From Chthoniobacterales bacterium (GTDB lineage Bacteria > Verrucomicrobiota > Verrucomicrobiia > Chthoniobacterales > Chthoniobacteraceae), in the NCBI GenBank assembly GCA_038207335.1, contig JBBQZX010000006.1, positions 64,001 to 128,000 on the forward strand: a DNA stretch of 64,000 nucleotides. Direction: 5' to 3'. How positions within the stretch are numbered: position 1 is the first letter of the stretch; each line of letters begins with the position of its first letter. Positions 39,668-47,812 of this stretch are shown in pieces. A program made the translations under genes and the position numbers. Below the pieces are notes generated by a model. That model searched no databases. It saw only the letters and a list, made by a program, of their open reading frames with translations, and was not told where the DNA came from.

Positions 39668-41233
39668 TTAGTATTTGCGATGAAAGACGGTGACGTCGTC
39701 GGGCGCGGTGTCGATGGGGACGAGGTCGAAGTTTTGCTCGAGGTGCTGGAAGAGCAGGGGATTCGTGTGGCGGAAGCGGAGGTCTTCGCGTCCGTCTAGC
39801 TTTACGTCCTGGATCATGACCCATGCGACATTGTGCGCGGCCATGTCGGCGAGTTCCTCGGCCTCCTGCTCGGGCGTGGCGGGGTAGATGAGGTAGATGG
39901 GTTTAATCGGCGAGAGGGTGTCGGTGGCGGCGTAGAGGCCGGGGAAGTAGGGGGCGAAGAGGACGCCTTCGCCGGGACGCGCGAGGGCGTGCGTGATGTG
40001 CTGTGCGGTGTCGAGGATGGCGGCTTCTTTCGGTGAAAGGCGCATCGCTTTTCCGCCGAGCTCGCGCTCGATGTAGGAGCTCGCGGGGCGCATCGCGAGC
40101 GAGTAAAAGCCGGAGTAATAGATGGTCGGCGGCAGGCTGAGGCCGAGTAGTGCGAGGGTGGCAAATGTGGGGGCGAAGCAGCGAATGCGCGGTCCGAGGG
40201 TATGTGCGAGCGCCGCGGTGCCGAGGATCATCGCGGGGACGCTGTGGGTGAGGTGCCAGGCGTCGGGCCGCGAGAAGGCATAGTGCGTGTAGGTCAATGC
40301 CACACAGCTTCCCGCGGCGAAGGCGGGCTCGCTGATCGAGATTTTTCTCCCAGCGAATAGGAAGCGAAGGAGCGCGACCGCAATGAAGACGAGGAGCACG
40401 ACGAAGAGCCAGCCCTCGGCGACGGCGTCCCAACGCGCGTGGCCATAGAGCCACTCGGAGACCTCCCAAGGCCACGGGACGGGCATGGCGAGGTTTGTGC
40501 CGAATTTCACGTCGATGCGGAGCTGCTCGGCGTAGGCCGCGAAGTATCCGGGGACGAAGATGGCGATGGCGATTTGCGGGAGGTATCCGAGGGCGATGCC
40601 GCCGGCCCACGCGCCGGTGCGCTGGAGGAATGCGAGGACGCCGCCGCGCACGATGAGGAGGATGATGAGCGCGAATGCGACGGCGAGATAGAGGCCGTGG
40701 TTTCGCCCCATGAACGCCATGAAGCCGATGAACAGCCCGCTGATGAAATGCTGCCGGATGGTGGGCCTTTCGATGTGCCGCACGCCGACGTAGATGGCGA
40801 TGAGGGAGATGGATTGCTCGAAGATTTTGTAACGCGGAAACATCCACAGCGAGAGGGTGATCGCGAGGGGCAGGAGGAAATACCAGCGCCGCGAAATGCG
40901 GCACGCCGCGAGCAAACCAAGCGTGAGCCCGATCCACGAAAAGATGACGCAGGCGAGGCGGAGCGCGAGGAGGCTATCGCCGAAGATCAAGCTCCAGAGA
41001 GCACTCCAGACGTATCGCCCGGGATCGTAGGCCTGGAAATCGCGGATTGGAACAAAGCCGACTTTGAGGGCTTTCATGCCGTACCAGAGGAATCCCTCGT
41101 CGGCGAAATCGATGTCGGTGCCGAGGCTTCCGTCGATGGCGAAGACGCCGAAAAGCAGCGCGGCGGCGAGCAGGCAGAGCGCGATGCCGAGGCCGTGCTG
41201 GCGCAGATTTTCGCGAAATGGGGAGCGAGTCAT
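39668..41233 (-). CDS. Polytopic membrane protein, probable GT-C-fold (GtrII/ArnT-like) glycosyltransferase
   Basis: About 12 TM helices; DE motif (ADEGF) in the loop after TM1 followed by P.RDF..Y.PG; C-terminal soluble domain; adjacent to a GtrB-like GT2. Confidence 0.6.
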   Translation of the reverse strand: MTRSPFRENLRQHGLGIALCLLAAALLFGVFAIDGSLGTDIDFADEGFLWYGMKALKVGFVPIRDFQAYDPGRYVWSALWSLIFGDSLLALRLACVIFSWIGLTLGLLAACRISRRWYFLLPLAITLSLWMFPRYKIFEQSISLIAIYVGVRHIERPTIRQHFISGLFIGFMAFMGRNHGLYLAVAFALIILLIVRGGVLAFLQRTGAWAGGIALGYLPQIAIAIFVPGYFAAYAEQLRIDVKFGTNLAMPVPWPWEVSEWLYGHARWDAVAEGWLFVVLLVFIAVALLRFLFAGRKISISEPAFAAGSCVALTYTHYAFSRPDAWHLTHSVPAMILGTAALAHTLGPRIRCFAPTFATLALLGLSLPPTIYYSGFYSLAMRPASSYIERELGGKAMRLSPKEAAILDTAQHITHALARPGEGVLFAPYFPGLYAATDTLSPIKPIYLIYPATPEQEAEELADMAAHNVAWVMIQDVKLDGREDLRFRHTNPLLFQHLEQNFDLVPIDTAPDDVTVFHRKY

Positions 41234-41336
41234 TCGGCGCGGAGTGTGCGGAAAAGCGGGACGCGGGCAAGGCGCGGGAACTTTGGATTGCGTTGACGCT
41301 CCATGCTCGCGCGATAGCGTCGGCGGCTTTCGCGCC

Positions 41337-42179
41337 ATGCCAGTTTCGACTCCCACCGCCGCCGCCGATCCGCGCGCTTTGGCCGCGCACCTGAAGCGCG
41401 GGGAGGATGGCGTGTGGTACGCGGGCGAGCGTGAGCCGATCTCATACGCGGAGGATGGGAATGCGCAGTGTTTCGAGCTGGAGGAGAAGTCGTTTTGGTT
41501 CGCGCACCGCTGCGCATGTCTTCGCGCTGTGGTGCGGAGCTTTCCGCCCGCTGGCGCGATTTTCGACATCGGCGGCGGCAATGGCTTTGTGGCGAAGACG
41601 CTGATCGACGCGGGCTTTGAGACGGTGCTCGTGGAGCCGGGCGAGACGGGCGCGCGCAACGCGGCGCGGCGCGGGGTGCCGACGGTGATTTGCGCGACGC
41701 TGGCGACGGCGAAATTCGCGGACAGCTCGCTCCCGGCGGTCGGGATGTTCGACGTGCTGGAGCATGTGGAGGACGACGAGGGATTTCTCCGCGAGGTGCA
41801 TCGCTGTCTCGCGCCGGGCGGGCGGCTTTATCTCACGGTTCCGGCATTCTCGTGGCTCTGGTCTCACGATGACGTGAGCGCCGGTCATTTCCGCCGCTAC
41901 ACGCTCGCGAGCCTTTCGGAGCGTGTGAAAGCCGCCGGAATCGCGCCGCTTTTCGCGAGCTACTTTTTCTCGATCCTCCCGCTGCCGCTGCTTGCGCTGC
42001 GATCGCTGCCGAGCCTCTTCGGACGCCGCGCGCTGCCGCCGCAGAGCTACGGAAAACTTCACAAGCCGCGCGCACGCGGGCTGACGGATCGCGTGTGGGA
42101 ATCGGAGCTGCGCCGGATCGAAAACGGGCGCGCGATTGCATTCGGGAGCAGTTGTCTGCTCGTCGCGGAGAAACGCTGA
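41337..42179 (+). CDS. Class I SAM-dependent methyltransferase
   Basis: FWF..R, DIGGGNG, FDVLEH..DD, LAPGG...LTVPA...LWS..D...GH.RRY. Confidence 0.88.
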   Translation: MPVSTPTAAADPRALAAHLKRGEDGVWYAGEREPISYAEDGNAQCFELEEKSFWFAHRCACLRAVVRSFPPAGAIFDIGGGNGFVAKTLIDAGFETVLVEPGETGARNAARRGVPTVICATLATAKFADSSLPAVGMFDVLEHVEDDEGFLREVHRCLAPGGRLYLTVPAFSWLWSHDDVSAGHFRRYTLASLSERVKAAGIAPLFASYFFSILPLPLLALRSLPSLFGRRALPPQSYGKLHKPRARGLTDRVWESELRRIENGRAIAFGSSCLLVAEKR

Positions 42180-42182
42180 ACG

Positions 42183-43118
42183 ATGTCCGACGCGCTCCCA
42201 TCGATCTCCGTCGTCGTGCCGGTTTACAACAGCGAGCAGACGCTCGCGCCGCTCGTTGCGCGGCTGCGCACCGCGCTCGGCGGCAAGGCGCGCTCTCTGG
42301 AAATCATCCTCGTGAACGACGGCAGCCGCGACCGCAGCGGTGAAGTGGCGCGCGGGCTCGCGATGGAAAATCCCGGTGTGCGCGCGATCAGCCTAATGCG
42401 GAATTACGGGCAGCATAACGCGCTGCTGGCCGGCATCCGCGCGGCGCGACACGAACTCATCGTGACGATCGATGACGACCTGCAAAATCCGCCCGAGGAA
42501 ATCCCGAAACTGCTGGCGCAGATCGCCGCGGGATTCGACGTGGTGTACGGTGTGCCGGAGCGGGAGCAGCACGGCTTCCTGCGCGACCTCGCGTCGCAGG
42601 TCACGAAGCTCACTTTGCAAAACGCGATGGGAGCGGAGACGGCGCGGCACATCAGCGCGTTTCGCGCGTTTCGCACGAATCTGCGCGACGGATTCAGTCA
42701 ATATCGCGGCTCGTTTGTGTCGATCGACGTTCTGCTGACATGGGCGACGACGCGCTTCACTGCAGTCGTCGTGCAGCACGAGCCTCGCACGATCGGCGCG
42801 TCGAATTACACGCTCGGAAAGCTCATCATCCACGCGGCAAACATGATGACCGGCTTCAGCACGATGCCGCTGCAAATCGCGAGCCTGATTGGTTTTGCGT
42901 TCACGCTTCTGGGCGTGCTGGTCTTTCTGTTTGTGCTCGCACGTTACCTGATCGAGGGCGGCAGCGTGCCGGGATTTCCGTTCCTCGCGTCGATCATCGC
43001 GGTCTTTTCCGGCGCGCAGTTGTTCGCGCTCGGCATCATCGGCGAATATCTCGCGCGCGTGCATTTTCGCACGATGGACAAGCCGGCCTACACGGTGCGG
43101 GAGGAAGTGGAGAGTTGA
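42183..43118 (+). CDS. GT2 polyprenyl-phosphate glycosyltransferase (GtrB/ArnC-like)
   Basis: SVVVPVYN, VNDGS.D, RNYGQHNA, DDDLQNPP, two C-terminal TM helices, LGIIGEY. Confidence 0.92.
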   Translation: MSDALPSISVVVPVYNSEQTLAPLVARLRTALGGKARSLEIILVNDGSRDRSGEVARGLAMENPGVRAISLMRNYGQHNALLAGIRAARHELIVTIDDDLQNPPEEIPKLLAQIAAGFDVVYGVPEREQHGFLRDLASQVTKLTLQNAMGAETARHISAFRAFRTNLRDGFSQYRGSFVSIDVLLTWATTRFTAVVVQHEPRTIGASNYTLGKLIIHAANMMTGFSTMPLQIASLIGFAFTLLGVLVFLFVLARYLIEGGSVPGFPFLASIIAVFSGAQLFALGIIGEYLARVHFRTMDKPAYTVREEVES

Positions 43119-43123
43119 GCGCG

Positions 43124-43855
43124 ATGCGTGAGCGGTGTCGGTTTCTGGAGTGGGACAGCGCGTTTTTCAAAAAGCGCATCGCGCGGCTCGATGGGAGTCG
43201 GTTGTCCACGGATCAAGTGCCAGAGCTGTTCGGATGGTGTGTAGAGGAGCGGATCGACTGCATATACTTCCTCGCCGACAGCAGCGATCCCGAAACGATC
43301 GAGACGGTGGAAGCCGCCGGTTTCGGGCTGAAAGATTTGCGGATGACTTACGAATGGAGGTCGTCGCTCGGCGCGCTCGGCATCCGGCCGAGCATCGGCG
43401 AGCGCGTGTCTGTGCGCGCATTTCGGGAGGACGATCTCGACGCGCTCGTGCCGATCGCGCGTGCCGCCCACACCGACAGCCGCTTTTTTTTTGACAGCCG
43501 CTTCGACCGCGCCGCCGCCGCGCTTTTGTACGAGACCTGGCTCCGGAAAGCCTGCGCCGGTGCAGCTCGCGTGCTCGTCGGCGAAACCGGCGGCGTCCCC
43601 GCGGGCTACATCTCCTGCGAACTTTCAGCCGCAGGCGAAGGCCAAATCGGCCTCGTCGCCGTCGCGGAAAAATTCCATGGCCAAGGTATCGGTCGCGCGA
43701 TGATCGAGGAGGCGCTCCGCTGGTTTGCAGCGCAAAACGCGACGACGATCCGAGTCGTGACGCAAGGCCGCAACGTCGCCGCGCACCGCTTCTACCAAAG
43801 CGCCGGTTTCCTCACCCGCGCCCTGGAAAGCTGGCACCACAAATGGTTTTCGTGA
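43124..43855 (+). CDS. GNAT acetyltransferase, WecD/RffC-like (dTDP-fucosamine acetyltransferase)
   Basis: LEWDS.FF, SRFF.D.RF, LY..W, IGLVAV...GQGIG, V.TQ..N..A.RFY..AGF. Confidence 0.8.
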   Translation: MRERCRFLEWDSAFFKKRIARLDGSRLSTDQVPELFGWCVEERIDCIYFLADSSDPETIETVEAAGFGLKDLRMTYEWRSSLGALGIRPSIGERVSVRAFREDDLDALVPIARAAHTDSRFFFDSRFDRAAAALLYETWLRKACAGAARVLVGETGGVPAGYISCELSAAGEGQIGLVAVAEKFHGQGIGRAMIEEALRWFAAQNATTIRVVTQGRNVAAHRFYQSAGFLTRALESWHHKWFS

Positions 43856-43861
43856 GGCGCG

Positions 43862-46381
43862 TTACGCCTTCCGCACGCGGCAGGCGAAGCACTTGTAGGC
43901 TTGCTGACCGCTGAGGTTGTCGAAGTAGCGGTCGTCCACGAGGAGGTTTGCGGGCTCATAGCGCGGGTCGCCGAATTCGTCGCCCATCGCCTGCGCGGGG
44001 CCGAAGCTGTTCGGGACAAAAATCGTATCCTCACGGATGCCGTCCCACACGAGCGCGGTGCCGGTCACGGAGCCGCGCGGACTTTCCACCACGAGTTTGT
44101 CGCCGTCAGCGACTCCCGCCGACGCGGCTGCTTTCGGATGAAGCTGGATGAGTCGCACACCGTTCATTTGCTTGCCGAGATACGTCCATTGCGTGACGCC
44201 TGCGAAGTGCACGACGCTCGCGCGGCCGATCATTCCCATGAGCGGAAACTCTGCGTGGACCTTGCCGTCGCTGAGCCCGCCGAGCGTCACATTCGGCGTG
44301 ACCGCGCCGGGATTGATCGGGTTCTGGACGAGTTCCTGTGCGTATTCGATCGACGGATTTTTTCCCGTGACCTCGGGATGCGTGTAGAAAAGCGGAAGCG
44401 CAGCGTGCCCTGCGGTGCCGAGCTTTTTGTCGAGGTCGGCGGTGTGGATTTCGACTTTGCCGCTCGGAGTGAGAAAGCGTTTGCCCCTGTTCTTCGGGTC
44501 GAGCGATTCGGCGGCGGCGTACCACGACTTGTGGTCGAGGTAGAGCGTGCTGACGCTCGGCTTGTCTTCCGCGGGGCAGGGCCAGCGGAGCGGTTCGGTG
44601 CGCGCCTCCATCCGCGCCTGCGTCATGCCGCCGACGCCGGGCGTCCGCGCGACGAATTCGACCCACAGCTTTCCGTAGTCCTTCCATTCAGCCAGCAGGT
44701 TGCCGGTCCAGTATTCGGGCGCATTTTTCTTGTCGTGGCGCGCCATCGCGGCAGCGAGGTCAATCCAGATTTCGATGTCGGTCCGCGACTCGCCGACGCG
44801 CGGGACGGCGGCGTGCTGCCAGCGGATGGAGCGGTCGTCGCGCCGCATGTAAACGCCGTCCATTTCAAAGCCGCTGGCGACTGGCAGGATAACGTCGGCG
44901 AAATACGCGGGCTCCTCCATGAAGAGGCCGGTGAAGACGTAGAACTCAAGCTGCTTGAAGGCTTCGCGGACCTTTGCAGTGTTGGCGCTGCCGATGATCG
45001 GGTTGCCCTCGGTGACGATCGCCTTGAGCTGATACGGGCGTTTATTGAGGATCGACTCCGCAAACCAGTCCGGCCCAACCGGCAGCGACGTCCCTTTTTC
45101 CGGCATCTTCGTTTCCGCGGCGACCGGCGGGAGATTTAGCCCGCCCGGCCAGGTGTTGTGCATGAAGTTACAGCCGCCGCCATTCACGCCGATATTGCCG
45201 GTGATCGCGGCGAGAAAAGTGAGCGCACGGTAAGTGTCGAAGGCGCTGAGTTGATGGGAGATTCCCGCGTTGCAAAAGATCGCGGCGGGTTTCGCCTTCG
45301 CATAATCCTCGGCAATCTTTTTGATCTTCGCAGCAGGCACGCCGGTCACTCCTTCGGCCCACTCGGGCGTGTATTGTTTCTCGCCGAGATGCGTCTTCAA
45401 TTCGTCGAATCCGAGCACCCACTTCGCCACGAAAGCCTTGTCGTGAAGCCCCTTTGCAATGATGTGCGACAGCATCGCGAGCACGAGCGCGAGGTCGGTG
45501 TGCGGCTTCGGCGCGAGCCATTCATCCGCCTGTGCGCCGGTCGGTGTGAGGCGCGGGTCGACGACGACGAGCCTGGCTTTCATCTTCGCCCGCTCGCGGA
45601 GCAGATAGGCGAAAGTTACGGGGTGCGTCTCGGCTTGGTTGGTGCCGAAGAAGAGCAGGTATTTCGAGCTGCCGAGGTCTTCTTTCCCCGTGTTTTCGTC
45701 GAGCCCGTAGCCGTTCGTGAAGTTTCCCATTCCGAACGTCGCCGCCAGCGCGTTGCCTCCCGCGTCGTTGCAGACCGGGCCGACGTCCGTGTCGTTCGGC
45801 GAGCCGAGCAGCGTGAAAAATCGGCCGATGATCGAGCCCGTACCGCGCTGCAAACGACCGCTCGTTTTATTGGCAATCGCGTGCCCCTCGCCGGCGTCCC
45901 GCAGTGCGATGAATTTCTGCGCGATCAGGTCCAGCGCTTCATCCCACGAGCACGCCTCGAACTTCGACTCGGCCGCCCCTTTCTCGCCGCCGACGCGCTT
46001 CAGCGGCTTCGTGAGGCGGAAGCGATTATACACGAGCTGCGTCATCATCGGCGCCTTCACGCAGATGCCGCCGTCCTGCACCGGGTCGCCGGTTTCGCCG
46101 GTCACGTCGATGATTCGCCCGTCTTTGAGATGCACTTTGAGGCGGCAGCACGAGTTGCAAAACTGGCATACGGAATCGACGATTTTGTCCGCCTGCAGCG
46201 CGCCGCTCTGTTTTGTAAAATCAAACGTGGACGCGGGCGTGGAAGCCGCTGGGGAATGTCCAACAGTCGCGGCTTCCGCCTCGCGGCTGACGAATGGCGC
46301 GGTGCTCGCGGCGAGGGCGCCGAGCGCACCTCCGCGGAGAAAGCTGCGGCGTGAGACGGCGTTTGAATCGGTGGTTCTCAT
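43862..46381 (-). CDS. Tat-exported Mo/W-bisPGD oxidoreductase (DMSO reductase superfamily) catalytic subunit, substrate unknown
   Basis: Tat motif SRRSFLR; [4Fe-4S] motif CQFCNSCC...ICVK; RL.KPLKR.G..G..KF...SWDEA; probable Mo-ligand Cys in GPVCNDAG; N.AETHP, VVDPR, ADVILP, TPSGK.E; C-terminal molydopterin-binding domain. SD AAAGGA precedes ATG 46381. Confidence 0.92.
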   Translation of the reverse strand: MRTTDSNAVSRRSFLRGGALGALAASTAPFVSREAEAATVGHSPAASTPASTFDFTKQSGALQADKIVDSVCQFCNSCCRLKVHLKDGRIIDVTGETGDPVQDGGICVKAPMMTQLVYNRFRLTKPLKRVGGEKGAAESKFEACSWDEALDLIAQKFIALRDAGEGHAIANKTSGRLQRGTGSIIGRFFTLLGSPNDTDVGPVCNDAGGNALAATFGMGNFTNGYGLDENTGKEDLGSSKYLLFFGTNQAETHPVTFAYLLRERAKMKARLVVVDPRLTPTGAQADEWLAPKPHTDLALVLAMLSHIIAKGLHDKAFVAKWVLGFDELKTHLGEKQYTPEWAEGVTGVPAAKIKKIAEDYAKAKPAAIFCNAGISHQLSAFDTYRALTFLAAITGNIGVNGGGCNFMHNTWPGGLNLPPVAAETKMPEKGTSLPVGPDWFAESILNKRPYQLKAIVTEGNPIIGSANTAKVREAFKQLEFYVFTGLFMEEPAYFADVILPVASGFEMDGVYMRRDDRSIRWQHAAVPRVGESRTDIEIWIDLAAAMARHDKKNAPEYWTGNLLAEWKDYGKLWVEFVARTPGVGGMTQARMEARTEPLRWPCPAEDKPSVSTLYLDHKSWYAAAESLDPKNRGKRFLTPSGKVEIHTADLDKKLGTAGHAALPLFYTHPEVTGKNPSIEYAQELVQNPINPGAVTPNVTLGGLSDGKVHAEFPLMGMIGRASVVHFAGVTQWTYLGKQMNGVRLIQLHPKAAASAGVADGDKLVVESPRGSVTGTALVWDGIREDTIFVPNSFGPAQAMGDEFGDPRYEPANLLVDDRYFDNLSGQQAYKCFACRVRKA

Positions 46382-46409
46382 GGAGTGTCCTTTCGTGCGG
46401 TGCACGTTC

Positions 46410-46427
46410 ATGCGCGCATCGGCATAT
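46410..46427. promoter_or_regulatory. Candidate ArsR/SmtB-type operator in the divergent promoter
   Basis: ATG-N10-CATAT (ATGCGCGCATCGGCATAT). A second inverted repeat GCATG-N7-CATGC at 46470-46487 overlaps the regulator's start codon. Confidence 0.35.
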
Positions 46428-46482
46428 TTACCCTCCGCGTTTTTCGGTCGAGCAAATCCAGCCGCCGACGCATGATTTTCAC

Positions 46483-46788
46483 ATGCCAACGATCGATTGC
46501 ATGGAAATCTTGAAAGCCCTCGCCGACCGGACGCGGCTGCGGCTGATCAAGCTCTTGATCGCAAACGACTCCGGCGTGAGCGAACTCACGGAGGCGCTCG
46601 GGATTTCGCAGTACAACACGTCGAAGCACTTGCGCGTGCTGCGCGAGGCTGGAGTCGTGGATGTGCGGGCGCTCGGCACGCGACGCGAGTATTTCATCGA
46701 GCCGGATTTCCGTCGGCGGCTGCAGCGTGAAGGACCGGTGCTGGATTTTGGATGCTGCACGTTTCGGTTCGATCAGTTGCCGAACTGA
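46483..46788 (+). CDS. ArsR/SmtB-family transcriptional regulator with C-terminal vicinal cysteines
   Basis: LKALAD.TRL.L..LL, V.EL...LGISQ...SKHL.VLREAG.V; C-terminal DFGCCTFRF. Confidence 0.92.
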   Translation: MPTIDCMEILKALADRTRLRLIKLLIANDSGVSELTEALGISQYNTSKHLRVLREAGVVDVRALGTRREYFIEPDFRRRLQREGPVLDFGCCTFRFDQLPN

Positions 46789-46924
46789 GAAGAGCATCGC
46801 GGATAACGCCGAATTTCGTCTCTTTCCACTCCGCGTCCTCCGCGAATTCCGCGGTTCTATTCTCTACTGCCATTGCGGGCGAATTCCGTTGCGGACGGGG
46901 CTGCTGCAATATGCAATCCCGCGC

Positions 46925-47800
46925 ATGTTTCCTTCACTCACTCGTTTCAAGAATGTCACCGCATTGTCACTCGTCTCGGTCGCGCTTCCGGTTGGGGCTT
47001 TTGCTGAGACACTGAAGATCAACGGCTCGACGACCGTCAATTTGCCAGCGGCGGAGGCTGCGGAAAATCTGCGCGCCGAGAAGAAAATGGATATTCAGGT
47101 GGATACGCAGGGCGGGAGTTCGGGCGGCATTTCGATGCTCGGCGAGGGGCTCGTGCAAATCGGAATGGCGTCGAAGCCCGTGAGCGATGACGACCGCGCG
47201 AAGTTTCCGAAAGTGACGTTCAAGGAGATTCACGTCGGCGAGGATGCGGTCGCGATCATCGTTTCGAAGGACGTATGGGATGGCGGCGTTCACGAGATGA
47301 GCAAGGCACAGGTGAAGGACATCTACGAGGGGAAGATCACCAACTGGAAAGAGGTTGGCGGCAAGTCGCAGAAGATTGTGTTTTTCAACAAAGAGCCGGG
47401 GCGTGGGACGTGGGAGGTCTTTGCGCACTGGGCGTATGGCGACCCGAAGAAAGCGCCGGAGGTGAGCTTCCCGGAGGTCGGCGGGAATGAAGAGACGCGG
47501 AACAAAGTGGCCTCCACGCGCGGGGCGATGTCGCAGCTTTCCTCCTCGTGGGCGGATGGGAAAAAGGTCTTCGCGCTCGGGATTGAGGGGAAAGATGGGA
47601 AGGTGATCCAGCCGACGAATGAGAACATCGCGACGCATGCGTATCCGATGAGCCGTCCGCTGTTTTTGCTGACGAATGGCGAGCCGACGGGCGAGGCGAA
47701 AACGTTCGTTGAGTATATGCTCTCGCCTGCGGGACAGGCGCTCGTACGGAAGCACGGATACCTCTCGTTGGATCAAGTCGCCTCGCCGGCTGCGAAGTAG
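46925..47800 (+). CDS. pstS: PstS-family periplasmic oxyanion-binding protein (atypical binding motif)
   Basis: Sec signal; INGSTTV, GGSSGG, IGMASK, DAVAIIV, IY.GKITNWKEVGG, YP.SRPLF; NKEPGRGT in place of R...SGT. Confidence 0.8.
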   Translation: MFPSLTRFKNVTALSLVSVALPVGAFAETLKINGSTTVNLPAAEAAENLRAEKKMDIQVDTQGGSSGGISMLGEGLVQIGMASKPVSDDDRAKFPKVTFKEIHVGEDAVAIIVSKDVWDGGVHEMSKAQVKDIYEGKITNWKEVGGKSQKIVFFNKEPGRGTWEVFAHWAYGDPKKAPEVSFPEVGGNEETRNKVASTRGAMSQLSSSWADGKKVFALGIEGKDGKVIQPTNENIATHAYPMSRPLFLLTNGEPTGEAKTFVEYMLSPAGQALVRKHGYLSLDQVASPAAK

Positions 47801-47812
47801 TCGCTTGCGGCG

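Noticed and set aside
43862..46381. Naming the molybdoenzyme aioA, arrA, napA or fdh
   Set aside because: The ligand-region motif and the absence of partner subunits do not match any of these; a phylogeny is needed.
46953..46970. Pho-box-like direct repeat ATGTCAC-CGCA-TTGTCAC
   Set aside because: It lies inside the pstS signal-peptide coding region, the spacer is GC-rich and no phoB is nearby. Probably coincidental, though a PhoB footprint would settle it.
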